Positions 38,001 through 53,000 of a stretch of 64,000 nt of DNA are shown here, piece after piece (position 1 is the first letter of the stretch; each line of letters starts with the position of its first letter). The notes beneath the pieces were generated by a model that saw only the letters and a program-made list of their open reading frames with translations, made no database searches and had not been told where the DNA came from. This DNA is from Mytilus edulis (lineage: Eukaryota). The stretch covers positions 7,378,001 to 7,442,000 of the forward strand of contig NC_092357.1 in NCBI RefSeq assembly GCF_963676685.1. Reading direction: 5' to 3'. The translations under genes and the position numbers were made by a program.

Positions 38001-41000
38001 CCATTTAATATATCATAGGATAAAATGTACTTTTCATCCTTTCTGTGAAGTTTATCTGGTAAAGTGTCTATCCATAATGCATCATGCAAACTTATCTACA
38101 CAAACAATTGTATTATTTGCTCTTTTTGTGTACTTATATGTTAATACCTGCTCCTTTGAAAATAACTGATTTGTTTTGTATCATACTGTACTCATTCAAA
38201 TAATCTATCTATTTAACAAGAAAAAGACTAAATATAGCAAAGCGTGGACACAGAAACTGTATTCCAATGAGATGGCTACAACGGAATTCGTATCAGATTT
38301 AAATTCTAAAGAATGTGCAATATCTCATAATTTATTTTGTTTTCAAATTAAATTAAATTCAAATTATAATCAAATTTAAAAACAAATTGATAATAATCAA
38401 TACCCATACTTCTGAGTCTTTGATACAACGGTAAAATATCAGCTACGTCGGATAGAAATCATCAACCTTATGCAAGTGCACGTATACATGTACCATACAT
38501 TCATTGATTTTGGAACATTCAAATACAAAATAAAAGATGAATATTGGTTTGTTTTGTAGATTTTCAGTTCAATTTTCAAACAGTTATATACACAGACAGA
38601 TTTTTGCAACCCGTTAACATAATGCTGATGTATTGATATTCATTTGCATAATGTCGATTTCTGTCCCACGCAGCTCATAACTTAATAAAGCAGAATATTA
38701 CCAATTCTGCGGTGTAAATTATTTTAAAACTAGTGTTGAAATGTTTTCAGCAAGTTTATCTTTCTATTTGTATAGTTTGGAACCTTCAATGTGGGTAGCG
38801 AGGAATATATCGTCCAAACTCCCAAAAATAAAACATACACAAAGCTCAAGTCTGGGTTCAATCATTTCGAAATTAGGAAGGAAAAAATCCCTGAAATTGA
38901 CTTCAACGACTTTCTAGGAAAAGGTGAGATATATTCTATTTAAGTAGATTAATCCCAACCAACCAATAAAAGAAGGAAAGAAAAACTAGACAGGTGTACA
39001 AACTAACAATGCAAACACACTCAATCTATTCACTATACAGACAACAACCAAAAAATACAAATCATGACTCCTACCTGGCAACTTGCAATGGCTTGCAGCG
39101 GACGCAATGCACACAACAACCATAGAAGAACAAGATTTTCCACAATGCATATGAAGATGATGATACGATATATATTTCAATTAATTGTTGGGGTTTAATT
39201 GTGTTTGCATTGAACGTCAAAAATGTAGTTTTTCTGGTCAAAAGTTTGTTCTATAGATATGACTAGATCAATTTCAAGAACAATAATACATAAGTACTAT
39301 ATTTAAACTTGTGTATCTATAAATAAGAAGATGTGGTACGAGTGCCAATGAGACAACTCTCCATAGAAGTCACAATGTGAAAAAAGTTCACAATTATAGG
39401 TCAAAGTACCGCCTTCAACACGGAGCCTTGGCTCACACCGAACAGAAAGCTATAAAGGACCCTCAAAAGGACTAGTGTAAAACAATTCAAACAGGAAAAC
39501 CAACGGTTTAATCTATATAAAAAAGGAAAAACGAGAACCACATCATCCATTTTAAATAATTTTCACCCCAATTAATAGTTATATATCCCATTATAAAACA
39601 AATATGACTATATGATTTTATTTGCAGCGGATACAATAAAACAAGCTACATTTACTAACAGAAATCACAGACATAAAAGGGCTACTGGACTACACCAGTT
39701 AGAGTTATTGATAGTGGTAGATTATGCTGTTTATAAGTAGTAAGTTGGTTTGTTGGTGACCTTCTGCTGTTGTTTTTTCTGTGGTCGGGTTGTTGTCTCT
39801 TTGATACATTCCCCATTTCCATTTTCAATTTTATTGCATATATTTACAAGGATGCAAATCCTCACATGTTTGTAATTTTCATTGAATGTTTTACACAATG
39901 TTATTTGTTATCCTAAAACATGCATTATGCATAAATATAAAATGTTTTATCATTAAACCAGAGAACTTTGACATTAGGTATCATTTTATGCCTTCCCCTA
40001 ACGCGATGGTACCAAAACTGCACCTTTTCTAATAGCTTTTTCACCTACGTTTATTTATGATCCAGACAAAAGTTTCCATTCCTGGTTTATTTTGTAGATG
40101 TATCTTTATTCACAAATGATATCGGATATGTTCCTTACGTCGTAACTACAATCCCCTTCCCTTTCATGAATGTGACCTACCGAATTAGACTATTTACCGA
40201 ATTTGTAATCACATAAGCAACACGACGGGTGCCACATGTGGATCAGGATCTGCGTACCCTTCGGGAGCACCTGAGATCACCCCTAGTTTTTGGTGGGGTT
40301 CGTGTTGTTTATTCTTTAGTTTTCTATGTTGTGTCATGTGTACTATTGTTTTTCTGTTTGTCTTTTTCATTTTTAGCCATGGCGTTGTCAGTTTGTTTTA
40401 GATTTATGAGTTTGACTGTCCCTTTGGTATCTTTCGTCCCTCTTTTACTATATAATTCCATCAATTTAATTTGAATCCATATTGAATCATAGAAAAAATG
40501 GGATTGAACCGACCTCCAGACGATCCATGATTCAATAAGGAGGAGTACCCAAATTGCATCCATGCTTAAATTCACATCCTTTAAAAACGTTTAACAGATG
40601 TCTTGTTTTATTTCTTCAAATATGTAGAACAATTTGACTATAGTCTAAGCTTACTGTGGATTCTTGTAAGATAATTTATTTGCTCATTTTTAAAAGATGA
40701 CTTTTTGTCGTTTCCATAAATTTTACTTTTTCCAGCGAATACTTCATCTGTTGATATGTACCTGAAAGTTTTGTGCATATCTACATATTATTATCGATAT
40801 TGGAAGTCGTCCATAATGTCGATTCATATTACTATAGTAGTACAAATTGTTTAGTCTAGAAAAAACTTCAGATTTCAGCTGCTTTTTTGCTACATTTTGG
40901 TACTGGTGCAATTTGGGTACTGTAACGTTATATTTTATGATTTTTTTTATTACTATATTTGTTTTCATTGAAAAGAAGGTGTTTGCTCCTCAAATCAGAA

Positions 41001-44000
41001 ACTGTATAAGAAACTACTCGGGCAAACCAAGTTTTTTTGTGGTCTTTTTTGAAAATTTCTTTGTCTAAATAATATGTACACAATGTACTTTAAGTTAGTT
41101 AGTTGTGATAAAGCCAATAGTACCATTGGCAGATAGAAGGGGGCCTGGGGTAAGAATCCCACCGCTTTTTCGATTATGTTTTTGTAATGATGAGAACGTT
41201 TCATGTTGTTCTGGTGATTAGATCCCCGTTTTCGAAATGACTAGATCTGCGCCTGAGTACCTTATCTCCATATTTGTTTATTACAGTTGGTATGACCAAA
41301 GTACACAAACATCTACATCACAAAAAGAAACAGAAGCTCTGACATCAGTAAGGCAGTACTATGCCTTTGTCATTACTGGCGTGAGTATTATATAGATATA
41401 TTATAAGATGTTCATACCTATAACGTATGAATTTGCTCATAATGAATGTGAATTTTACTGGACAAAGAATGAAATTATACGAGACAGGGACACGTTTTCA
41501 TATGACTTTTGTAAAATGAAATCAGACATTGAAAAGCTGACTATCTCGAAACTAACCAGTAGAGTTGTTGGATTAAGAAAAGCCAACATTACGCATCTGT
41601 TCGGAATAATTGAATTTGTCAAAAAAAAATACTTACATTCTATTGCTATTTTTTTTTTTTTTTCATTTCTGAATGAGTTTATGCGGGTGCATGATCCTCT
41701 GTAATGATAGTCGTGAGCTTGATTCCAATGAAAAGTAGAAAGTATGCGTTCAAAATCCGGCTCTGGTTTAGTAGAAAGTATGAATCACATAAAAATATCA
41801 TCACATGATCCCGTCCTGGGTCAACGGGAACGCCCATTGCAGGTTAAATTTGGATCTGACTTTGTAATAACTGAAAAAGACAATCTTGCCCAAAACAAGA
41901 TGAAAAAGAATAGGTTGCCCAATAAAATGCAGTTTTCAAAAGTGAGTTTTTGTGGTGTTGCGTGCAAACCATTTCGATTTGCATGGAAAATAAAGAAAAT
42001 AAATATGAAACAGGAAAAATTAGCTCGACCCATATTCGTAAACTCTTACCAATGAATTATATTTTCTGGCAATGTGCGTATACTGTTGTGTATTTGTTAT
42101 TACAGATGGATGGAATGTACAAGAATATACAGACATCATCATACACCATCGATATTGTTTATGCTGGTATAGTTATTGCACAGGTATGTTTAACTTATTT
42201 AAGCGTTGGGGGAGGGGTCAACCGTTATGGGAAGAATGAATGGGTAAACACGATTAACAATAATACCGAACTTCAAGGTAAATTTAATAAAGAATAAGTC
42301 CATAAAAGCTGACAAAACCGAATGCTCATCTATATCAAGGACTGAATAGGTAGTATTCAAATGAAGTATATATTATAAAATATTGGGAAAGCACTATTTC
42401 TTGAAATTTATGTTTTATTTACAAAGTTTGATATCTATAGAAACATAGTGAGGAGGCCCGTCATTTCTTTATTCTAAAATGGTTTTATTCCTTTTTATCT
42501 ATTCTTTATAAATTTTGTTCATTTTTCTCTGTTCTTTATATTTCATCACCCAATTGTTCTCAATTTTTTATTTTTTTGGCCTTTTTTTCGGTATTCTAGA
42601 TTGTTTGACCCATTAATTTTTGTCTGCAGTATTGGCTTATTATTCGCTTTTCTTTTAGTTTAAACATATTTTAAATTACTCAAAGCAAAAAGGATCATAC
42701 ACACGTAAAACATACTTATAAAGTCTTCTCCACAATACAACATATATAACAATACAAATTGAATGTGAGCATGCATTATATAATGTGAACAACATAAATA
42801 TTCCTAAACTATACTGAAAAAGAAAAAGGGGACGACAGAGATTAGGATGATGATGATAATGATGATGATGTGCGTTTTACCTATGTTGAGACTATACTAC
42901 GAGGAATCGTTTTGATCTCTATTAAAAAAAAACATTCGTACCCTCAATCCATATTTATACATATATTTATACAACTATTTTCAGACTCCATCAGATGCTA
43001 CATGGACAGAAACAGTAAAAGTCACATCATTTACACCGAACCGAGTAGATTCATCCACTGCTCTTCAACTGTTCCAAACATGGAATCGTAACCCACCTTT
43101 CAGTCTACCAGGCCATGATCACGCAATGTTGTTTACGAGGTCAGTCATTTTAACTAACATTTGTTTGTGATATCGGGTTGCTGTCACATGTAAAATACAC
43201 CTCCCTGTCATATATTTTATATGCTGTTTCATTTTTGGTAGGTTCATGTATCAAATTTTAAGCATGGTAATTCAAAATATATCTTTGAAGCGGTTTAGAA
43301 TATTCTGTTGGTCTAGTATCTGATATTGTTTCCCCATCCTTAGAAAACAAACGAACCCTTGAAGTAACATTTAAAAATAAAATTGAGAATGGAAATGGGG
43401 AATGTGCCAAAGACACAACAACCCGACCATAGAAAAAAACAACAGCAGAAGGTCACCAACAGGTCTTCAATGTAGCGAGAAATTCCTGCACCCGGAGGCG
43501 TCCTTCAACTGGCCCCTAAACAAATATATACTAGTTCAGTGATAATGAACGCCATACTAATTTCCAAATTGTACACAAGAAACTAAAATTAAAATAATAA
43601 AAGACTAACAAAGGCCAGAGGCTCCTGACTTGGGACAGGCGCAAAAATGCGGCGGGGTTAAACATGTTTGTGAGATCTCAACCCTCCCCCTATACCTCTA
43701 GCCAATGTAGAAAAGTAAACGCATAACAATACGCACATTAAAATTCAGTTCAAGAGAAGTCCGAGTCTGATTGTATTAATGATGTATAATCACTGTTATC
43801 TTGGCTGAAGGTATGGATGGGGTTTACAGAAAAGAAAATAATGGACACAAAAAAATAGTGAATAAAAAAGTGCATGCTAATATATAAAGAATTTAGAATA
43901 ATGGGCAAAATAAGTCAAAAACGAAAAAAATAAAGTAATACAGAACCCTTTTGTCTGTGTCGTGTTAAATTAAAAGATATTTGTGTCTGTTGAAGCAAGA

Positions 44001-47000
44001 TTATCAGTAATGACCAAGAATCGTGTGGTCAAAATATATGAAGGTCTTGGTGTGGTTAACAGAATAGAGAAAAATAGGCAAAACATGTAAACAATAGAGA
44101 ATATAAGGGTGCTGAAATATAAAGAATATAGAAGAAAGTTCAAAATAAATAAGGAATAGAAAAAAATGTATAAAACGCTAAAGAATAATGAAATGAAGGA
44201 CCACATTTCCTGACCATCATGTATTAAATCATACATTATTGTATTTAATTTACAGGTATGATCTAACAGCTAGTGGATCGAACGGCAATGCAGGTAAAAA
44301 TTGAATAATTAATAAAAAAAAGAAATAACTTAGTACACTCTGTTTATAAGAACAAATGTAAAGTTTCTGGTGTTAAATACTGTAAACAGGGAAATTTTCG
44401 CGGTAGTTTTATTTTCGCTATTTTCGCGGTTAGAGGTGAAACGCGAAAATAAAACGACCGCGAAAATATCAAGGAAACTCTTTTCATTACATTTACTTTT
44501 ACAAATTGTGACTTGGATGGAGATTTGCCTCATTGGCACTCATACCACATCTTCTTATATCTACGTATATGAATAGAATATATATAGGACAACTGTTTAC
44601 CACTGATTTCAAAGACAAGAAATATATAATTTAAATTATAACTGTATCTCTTAATGAAAAGCAATGTTAAAAGTCATATCTTTAACTCAAATCAGTTATT
44701 TCATTGAAGCGAAGTTTACGGATATTGTTATGTAAACAACACTCATTACAAATATGGTAATGACACCTGTCAATCAGTAATAAAGGTGTCACGTCGTTAT
44801 ATCTACTACAAAGATTGATCAGATCAAAAGATCGATTAATTAGCATTAATCCTGACAGCTTTTTATTTTAATTCATTCCTAATTAGGTTTACTTTTCTAT
44901 AATTGTGTATGTGTTTTTACGAGCATTAAAACATGCCAAACTTTTAATCTACTTTAACATAAATGAACCGAAAACAAAAGATTTTTGATTGATTTTATCA
45001 TTTGATTTAAGATACTATGTAAAGCTGTTCTCTTTCCAAATCATTTATGAAAATATTTATCTAGGCCACTGGGAAATCGCGAATTCAAAACGACGCGAAT
45101 TTGGATCGTGTAAGTAAATCGCGAAATAAAGACGGCGCGAAAATTTCCCGGTTTACAGTAACATTGTTATACCCAACGAAACGAAGTCATAATTATTGTG
45201 TTTGATTTCACCTTTTTAAGTATCCCCGATTTTGGTCGGTTAAAAGCCGTTGCATTTTCTATGTATGTTTTTTTGTCATATGGATTCTGTTCATATTTTA
45301 ATACCACTTGTGTATATACAAAGTCATATCTCTCTTTAACCCTCTCTGTCGTGGTATTTTAAAACAAATATAACGTATCCCTTCCCGGATACGATTGATT
45401 ATTATGCGCTATATTAAATGCTGCTGTATTTGTTCAACGCTTCTTACAACATGTCCAAGAGGTGTTTAACGAATTATACTGTCTTGAGAAGAAATTCGCC
45501 TCAAATTGAAAAGTTCAGAAAATTTTACTTCTCTCGAAAGGTATTTTTGGCAAATATCCTGAACATGATATATCTGTTCCAACTTCCCTATATCAGACGA
45601 ACCTGAAATCATTTTACATTTTATATTTTACAGGACTTGCATACGTAGGCCGAGTCTGTACTACCAGTAGTCAATCTATTGTGGAAGATGGATTCAACTT
45701 TGTTATCATATCAGTGGCAGCACACGAATTGGGACATTGGTAAAATATAATAATAATTTAATTTTGGATATAACACGTCTTCTGATTGGCAGAAATTCTT
45801 CCTTGTAGTCTCCATTTCTCGTTGCATACATCGGAAGTATGTGACCTTGTTGAAAAATGTTCCCGATGCAGAATTTAACGGTGAAAGATTCTAAAAGGTC
45901 TATGTGTGTTAATTTATATTGGTTTATAAACCAAGACAAAAGAGAGGCGTAAGATACCAAGGGGATATTCAGACTCATGAGTCGAAAATAAACTTACAAT
46001 GCCAAGGCAAAAAGACCGAAAAACAATAAAAGACAAACAACAGAACACAAAACACAATATAGAATCGAAAGACTAAGGAACGCCATTCAATGACAAAAAC
46101 GGGCGTGATTTTAGGCGCTTCGAAAGTGTAAAAAAATCATGCTCCACATGTGCAAATGATTATTTTTTCATTACTCCACAATTGTTCGGTATTTAATAAA
46201 GTGATTCTGTGTTAGATGTGAATTCCTTTTGTTTTGAGTTCGTGTTTATGGAAGCGCATTAGCTCCAAACAATTCTACATGTATTTTTGTGTATTACAGT
46301 TTAAGTGCAGAACATGACGGCGAAGGAAATGCCTGTAGTGGTAGTGATTCATATATCATGGCGTCTAGTGTCAGTCCACAAACCAACTTATCTACTGCTA
46401 CACACCCATGGATATTTTCAACATGTTCTACTTCTTATTTTACGAATTACATCACAAATTCATTGGATTCGTAAGTAATTAGTTGTATTTTGATTATTTT
46501 TTGTCATTTCATTTCGTTTAGACAAACATTATTTTAAATTGTACTTACGTTTTATACCAGCATGTCAGCTTTTTGACATTTCGGTCTTTGTTTAAATTTC
46601 TACTTAAAACAACGTAAAATATCTTCCTATGTGTTACAAAAACAACCGTTACCAAACTTGGACAGACGGAAAGACAAGAAGGCTACACATTGAGTAATAC
46701 TAACCCCATTGAAAACCGTGGGTTGTAAAGTAGTCTTTGACAGCTAATTTACCTTTTTATTGCATTTGTCTTATCTCAAATTTAATGCCCTTGTCGGAGG
46801 CGAGTGGAAAACTAAGTGTTACCCTTGACCGTCAGTGCTTCCGTCCGTCTCATTTTCGTTTCCGCACTCTAACTTTAGTTTGCCGCATGTATGCAGATTT
46901 ATGAAACTCGTACACAATGCAAAGAACCAAAAATGCCAGACAGAGTTCGAATTTGGACAGTTAGTCATTTACCGTTTTTAGATTAATGCCCCTTTTTAAC

Positions 47001-50000
47001 TTGTATAATCCCAAAGCTTGAGCGGGGCCATTCGTGTCCTCGGTAACATTCTTCTTTTTTGTACATTAGTTTTATGTTTTTTTTTCTAGATACGCTTTTC
47101 ATTTTCAATTTTTGATTTTTTTTGTGGTATATAAATGATTTTCTTTGATTCATTAGTTCTAATAAGATCCAATAATCGTAACAAACAAGAACACAGGTCA
47201 CTATAAAGAACTTAGTTGACAATAGTTTTAGGACTGTATTAAAACAATTTAAACTGCAACGTATAATAAAAATAACTTGCGGAGCAGGATCTGCTTACCC
47301 TTCCGGAGCACCTGAGATCACCCCTAGTTTTTTGGTGGGGTTCGTATTGTTTATTCTTTAGTTTTCTATGTTGTGTCGTGTGTGCTGTTGTTTGTTTGTC
47401 TTTTTCATTTTTAGCCATGGCGTTGTCAGTTTGTTTTAGATTTATGAGTTTGACTGTCCCTTTGGTATCTGTCGTCCCTCTTTTAAAGGAAATATATTAT
47501 ATATTGCCTCATCAAACACTCCAAAATTGGAATACGAAAGAAGACTTTTTGCTCAATATGGCAATTTAAAAACTGGTTTGGGAGGAATCTAATTTTCTCT
47601 TATTAATGAATCTGTTGAAGCACACCCATAAAGAATTATATTAGTCCCCTTTAAATTAAACCGGGAGACTATTTCTTATGATTTTAATGTCTACAATGAA
47701 TAAAGATAAGTCTATATTACAGAGTGGGAAATAATTGTATGAAGACATTAAGTTCAGGATTTGACCCTACAGGACTAACACCTTATGACCAACAACTAGC
47801 AGGACAAGTATTTTCAGCAGATGAACAATGTGTACAGATACGTGGAAGTGGATCATCTTTCTGCAGTGTAGGTTGAAACGATATGTGCCACTATCCTATA
47901 TTAGGCTCCGACCATTCATGTTTTTCGGACTCAAGGGTTTAGTTCTCGGACGAGCAAACTTCAAACTCTTAAAGTTCTAGAAAAGTTGTAATTGAAATAA
48001 ACTATCAAAGGACTTACATCAACACTATGTCATATAAAGAAGAGAACAAGAACCTTTACCTTAAAATTACCATGCTGGTTCCCAAAAACAAATAATCTGA
48101 TAACCCCAGAAAATACAACTTTTAAATTGTAGCTTAATACGTTTTTATAAGGAATTTGAAAAGAGAAATCTATAAATTTGACAAGGGGATGTTATATAAT
48201 TACATTCTATTTAAAATACCTCAGTTCAACTGTTATTTTTCACTTTAAAAATTGATTTGTGTAATTTGTATTTTAAAAAGGTTGAATGAAAACAAGGTTA
48301 CACATCGGACTCGAACTTCTCTTAAACTGAGTTTTACTGTGCGTATTGTTGTGCGTTTGGTTTTTCTACACTGGCTAAAGGTATAGGGGGAGGGTTGAGA
48401 TCTAAAAAAAACATGTTTAACCCCGCCGCAATTTTGCGCCTGTCCCAAGTCAGGATCCTCTGGCCTTTGTTAGTCTTGTATTATTTGTTATTTTAGTTTC
48501 TTGTGTATAATTCGGAGTTTAGTATGACTTCCATTATCACTGAACTAGTATACATATTTGTTTAGGGGCCAGCTGAAGGACGCGTACGGGTGCGGTAGTT
48601 TCTCGCTGCATTGAAGACCCATTGATGGCCTTCGGTTGTAGTCTCTTTGACACATTCCCCATTTCCATTCTCAATTTTACTTACACAAACTATTTTCAGG
48701 ATCGCTATAGTGGTGATTTTTCTACTGTGTGTACGGTGTTATGGTGTGCAGACCCATCTGGCAACGGTTACTGTAATACTAATATAGGAGGTGATGGAAC
48801 TCTTTGTGGTAATAAAAAGGTATGTAGTAATTAAATAGTCACGTGATTCCTTTACTCTGTACAGACCACATGAAAGGTATGAAGGACCTGCTCTTAAATC
48901 GTAGGTATGGCATGCACCTGAGTCAAATACATTGATATCCAAGTTACGTTCATAAAAAAGTATAGTAGGCAATGTTACCTCAATACAGTTATAATTTAGA
49001 TATGCTGAATAATATGCAAGGTAACCTTAAAACGTTAGTACCAATTTTCTTGATTTGTAAATACACCGTTGGTTCGAGGGTTGTAAATTTATGGTTTTAA
49101 AATTACCACATTTGAACTCAATGGAAAATATGAATCTCTTTTGGTAGGGAATTTCATGTCAGGAGGGTAAGTATCACGCAATCCACGCAATAGTGTTATT
49201 AATGATTAGTTCTGCTATATTAGTAAAAAATAAACGAGATACTAACACTCAACAGTTCGTAAAGAAAATGCAAATTGTTACCTTTTCAATGTTTCTATCA
49301 TATATATATTAAATGGTAGAAATTACATTTCGGAATTCTGGCGCTTTCATAATAACATTGCATTTTACATATACAATTGATAATCTTTCAGGATTCCGAT
49401 ATCTTACATTTGCACTTAAATCTGCCTAGGTATGCCGAATTGCTATATGTATATATTTATAGACCATTTTATTTATCCTAACTAATGTTATGATAATGTT
49501 AAAGGGTCTATTAAGCGATTTCTATGACTACGACTTTTCGTGGGTCTTATTTCACGTTTTACTTGTCCCTGATTCGTAACAAACACACTTACGCGAGGTG
49601 AAAGCTTAACTATTTTATCCTAAATATAATTTTATGTGAAAAAGACCACTCATTCGATATTCACCAATTATTTTGAACAACTATATATCGCTCGATTTAC
49701 CGTTATTGCTAAAAATAGCCTATGCAAACATTAGATTTTTTTGATTTTGTTTTAATTTTGGCTTTTGTTAACTTTAAACGATACCATCTTTTTCGCATCT
49801 GTCTATTTAATGATTCTTACGACAAAATATTTGAAAATCCAAAACCTAATACAGATATGACCGTAAAGAATCAAAAGTATAACAAGACACGGTCAATGAA
49901 TCCGAGTTCTGCACGAGGGGGATACCGTATATTATAATGGGACCATGTGATGACCCGTCATTTTTCTTCATTTGTGACCTTCCATTTTTACAAAATAATC

Positions 50001-53000
50001 AATCGTTTATCAATATGTATAGTTCTTACATTCATTGTACCAGGTGGGTATCCTAATGACAAAAGTAAACGTTTTACATAATCCACTTTTTATGCTATCT
50101 TTTAAAATCGTCTACTGTTACATAAATATCGGAATAAAGATAAAACTAGGACCTTTAATATTGTATTTGCTTATAAATTTTTCGAAATCTTAAACAACAA
50201 TATATACTTAATATGTTGTAACAACAGCATGAATAACCTTTGGTTCAGGTTTATATATATTTCAAAATATTTTTATTTTAATTTGTTTGTTATAAAAATT
50301 TAAGGCTAGTAAGTGCTAAGCAAATAGAACAACGCCTATGATTAAACACCATTCACCCAAGCCTTTGTTTCTATATTCATGTGAAATACCACATGTTAAA
50401 TTAAAAACCCTTACATTATGGAAACAACGTTTAAATAAATGCGTGTTTTCAAGTGAACAATGCAAAAGAGAACATCTATAACTTTTTTTTAAGTAAGATG
50501 AATGCAAAATTAAACTCATTTATACAAAAAATATCACACGTTAAATTTCTGCTACAAAAGACTTATCAGTAACGCTTGAATAAAATAAAGTTAACAAGGC
50601 AAAATAAAGTACCGAATTGAAGAACCAAAATGCTGAAAAATTCTGCCAAATACAGCTAAGATTATATCTGTTCCTGGGGTAGATAAATTCAAAGTATTGT
50701 AAACAGTTACTTTATAATTATGACCAGATCAATGATAATTCATGTCAACGAAGAAATGCTGACTATTGGGTTGGCGAGAGTGAGGGACTCGTTGCTTGGT
50801 TAAATGTTGTAGAGCACCTGTCAGAATAAGATTACACAATTTTGTATGTTCATTTGTAAATTTGTGTGATCATTATTCATTTAATACATACTGTGGATTC
50901 ATTATTATTCGTTGGATACTAATTTTCGTGGATTTCGTGTCAAAAAAATGAATTTATATGTTCCACGAAGTGTAAATTTTATATAAGCTTGTATGCAGAC
51001 TTTACAAAACCACGAAATCAAATAGCCATGAAAATACAATGTTCCTTCATGGTCTTCCCTGTTGTACAATCTATTGTTGCATGTTATTCATTAAATAGAC
51101 ATAATCAAAAAATTATCAGTAATTGCATATACGTGTTAATTTTATTCATCAATTGTCAAAAATGTTAAAAAATAAAAGAACACTTAAGTTTACAAATATC
51201 TTGCATAAAAAACATACCCCTTTTTTTGTCATAAACTGTAATTCAAAACTTCTCGTAAGTAAATGTACGACCTTCTGCAAGTGATATCCACCATTTCCAA
51301 GGACATCACCAGCCAAGTAGCCAGTATTTCGTACTTTTGTACTCATAATTAGTTGTTATAAAACTTTAGATTCTTATCCGGATTCGGCTTTATATGTAGT
51401 TCTTTTAGGTTATATCAGCTCCTAGCAAAATCAAAATAGAAATTATTGTGTTATCATTTGCTGTTATGAAACTTGGGAAATCATTTCACATTGAGGAATT
51501 ATCTTCCTCATAAAAAGTTTATATTTTTTATCCGGGTTTGACTTTACATGCAGTTCTGTTATTGTTTTATTAGCTCCTTATTTTAGATTATGGATTTTCA
51601 AATAATATGCACTCAATCATCAGCGAAGAGGTATGAATTGTCGAAATGCGCAATTGGTGCAGTTAAATTGATATCGTTATTAACATTCTAATTCCGTAAT
51701 TGTATATTAACATGTTCGACTTTTAATGAATTAGTCTGATTGCTAGAAATGTAAATTTCATTCTTGAGAGCAGGTTTTTGCAAAAGTTAAATGATGCTAT
51801 AGTTACACATATATTTAATTTATTATATGTAGTGGTGCAAAACTGGAGTATGTGTATCTGATGTCAACGCTCCGGCTGGAGATGGTAAGTTATTGATATT
51901 ACACGATATTGATATTACACGATAGCAATATGATTCATACGATTTGAACATCTCAAGAAAAAAACAAAGAAATGCCAAAAAATCAGCTCGAATTTTCTAA
52001 TTTTTTTTTAAAGATATTTAAAAGGTTACTTTAAATTGATACTTGAAAATTGTTTCCCATTGAATTATGTCAAATTCATGTTTATTTTGTTTTACAAAGT
52101 TCTAATTTGAACAATCTTTTGAAATAATAGTGTCATATTATACAATATGTTATCAAAAACAATCAAGTTATTTCAATTAGCCATCCATATATGTCAAATA
52201 AGCAATTTTTAATTTAATTCTGGCCGCAATCATTTATAATATTGATATCATCCGGCATGATTTACATACAAAGCCTATGCTTCTTGACGTGTGCTATATT
52301 TCTATGAATTTTTATCTTTGTCATACTTTTTATATGTTTACGTCTTCTCTGACAATCCAACGGTCATAAATATCGCTCAAATATTGTCAGTCTGCTTTGA
52401 GTTAACGGACATTCATGCTTGTCCGATCCGTTCACAACGTACTAGTAATGCGCGCACCATGTGTTATAGTAACTTGATAGAAGACAATTGGCAAATCGCA
52501 GTAGATCCGGTACCATTCAGTGTATAATGTCAAGGTTTTCCGAATGGCGAGATACGTGATCGACATTATGTTGAACACCCATTTCTATAAAATAATATTA
52601 TTCAGCTTCTCACATATTAAGTTAACACACACACACACAGATTGCAAGATTCACTTGCAAATAATTATTTTTCGAACAATGAATTTGTTTGTTGCTATTG
52701 AACTGGTGGTACATATAACATAGAACTAAATCTTCATCGAACAACTTTTCAATACAAACAATAGGAAATATTTTTTAAGTTTAGTCAACGGTAGTTTATC
52801 TATGTTCAAGTCTCATAAATCGATAAGAAGATACAAATAATGAAAACAAAAACAAAAACAAAACTAATTTCAAAAAGAGCGATGGATAAACGACAGGTAG
52901 AAATCTACAGATAGACACTAAAAAAATAACATTTTTACAGCTAATTTCCTAATGCATGTAGAACAAAACTTTGGTTAGCTTGCTTGCTTGGATAACACCC

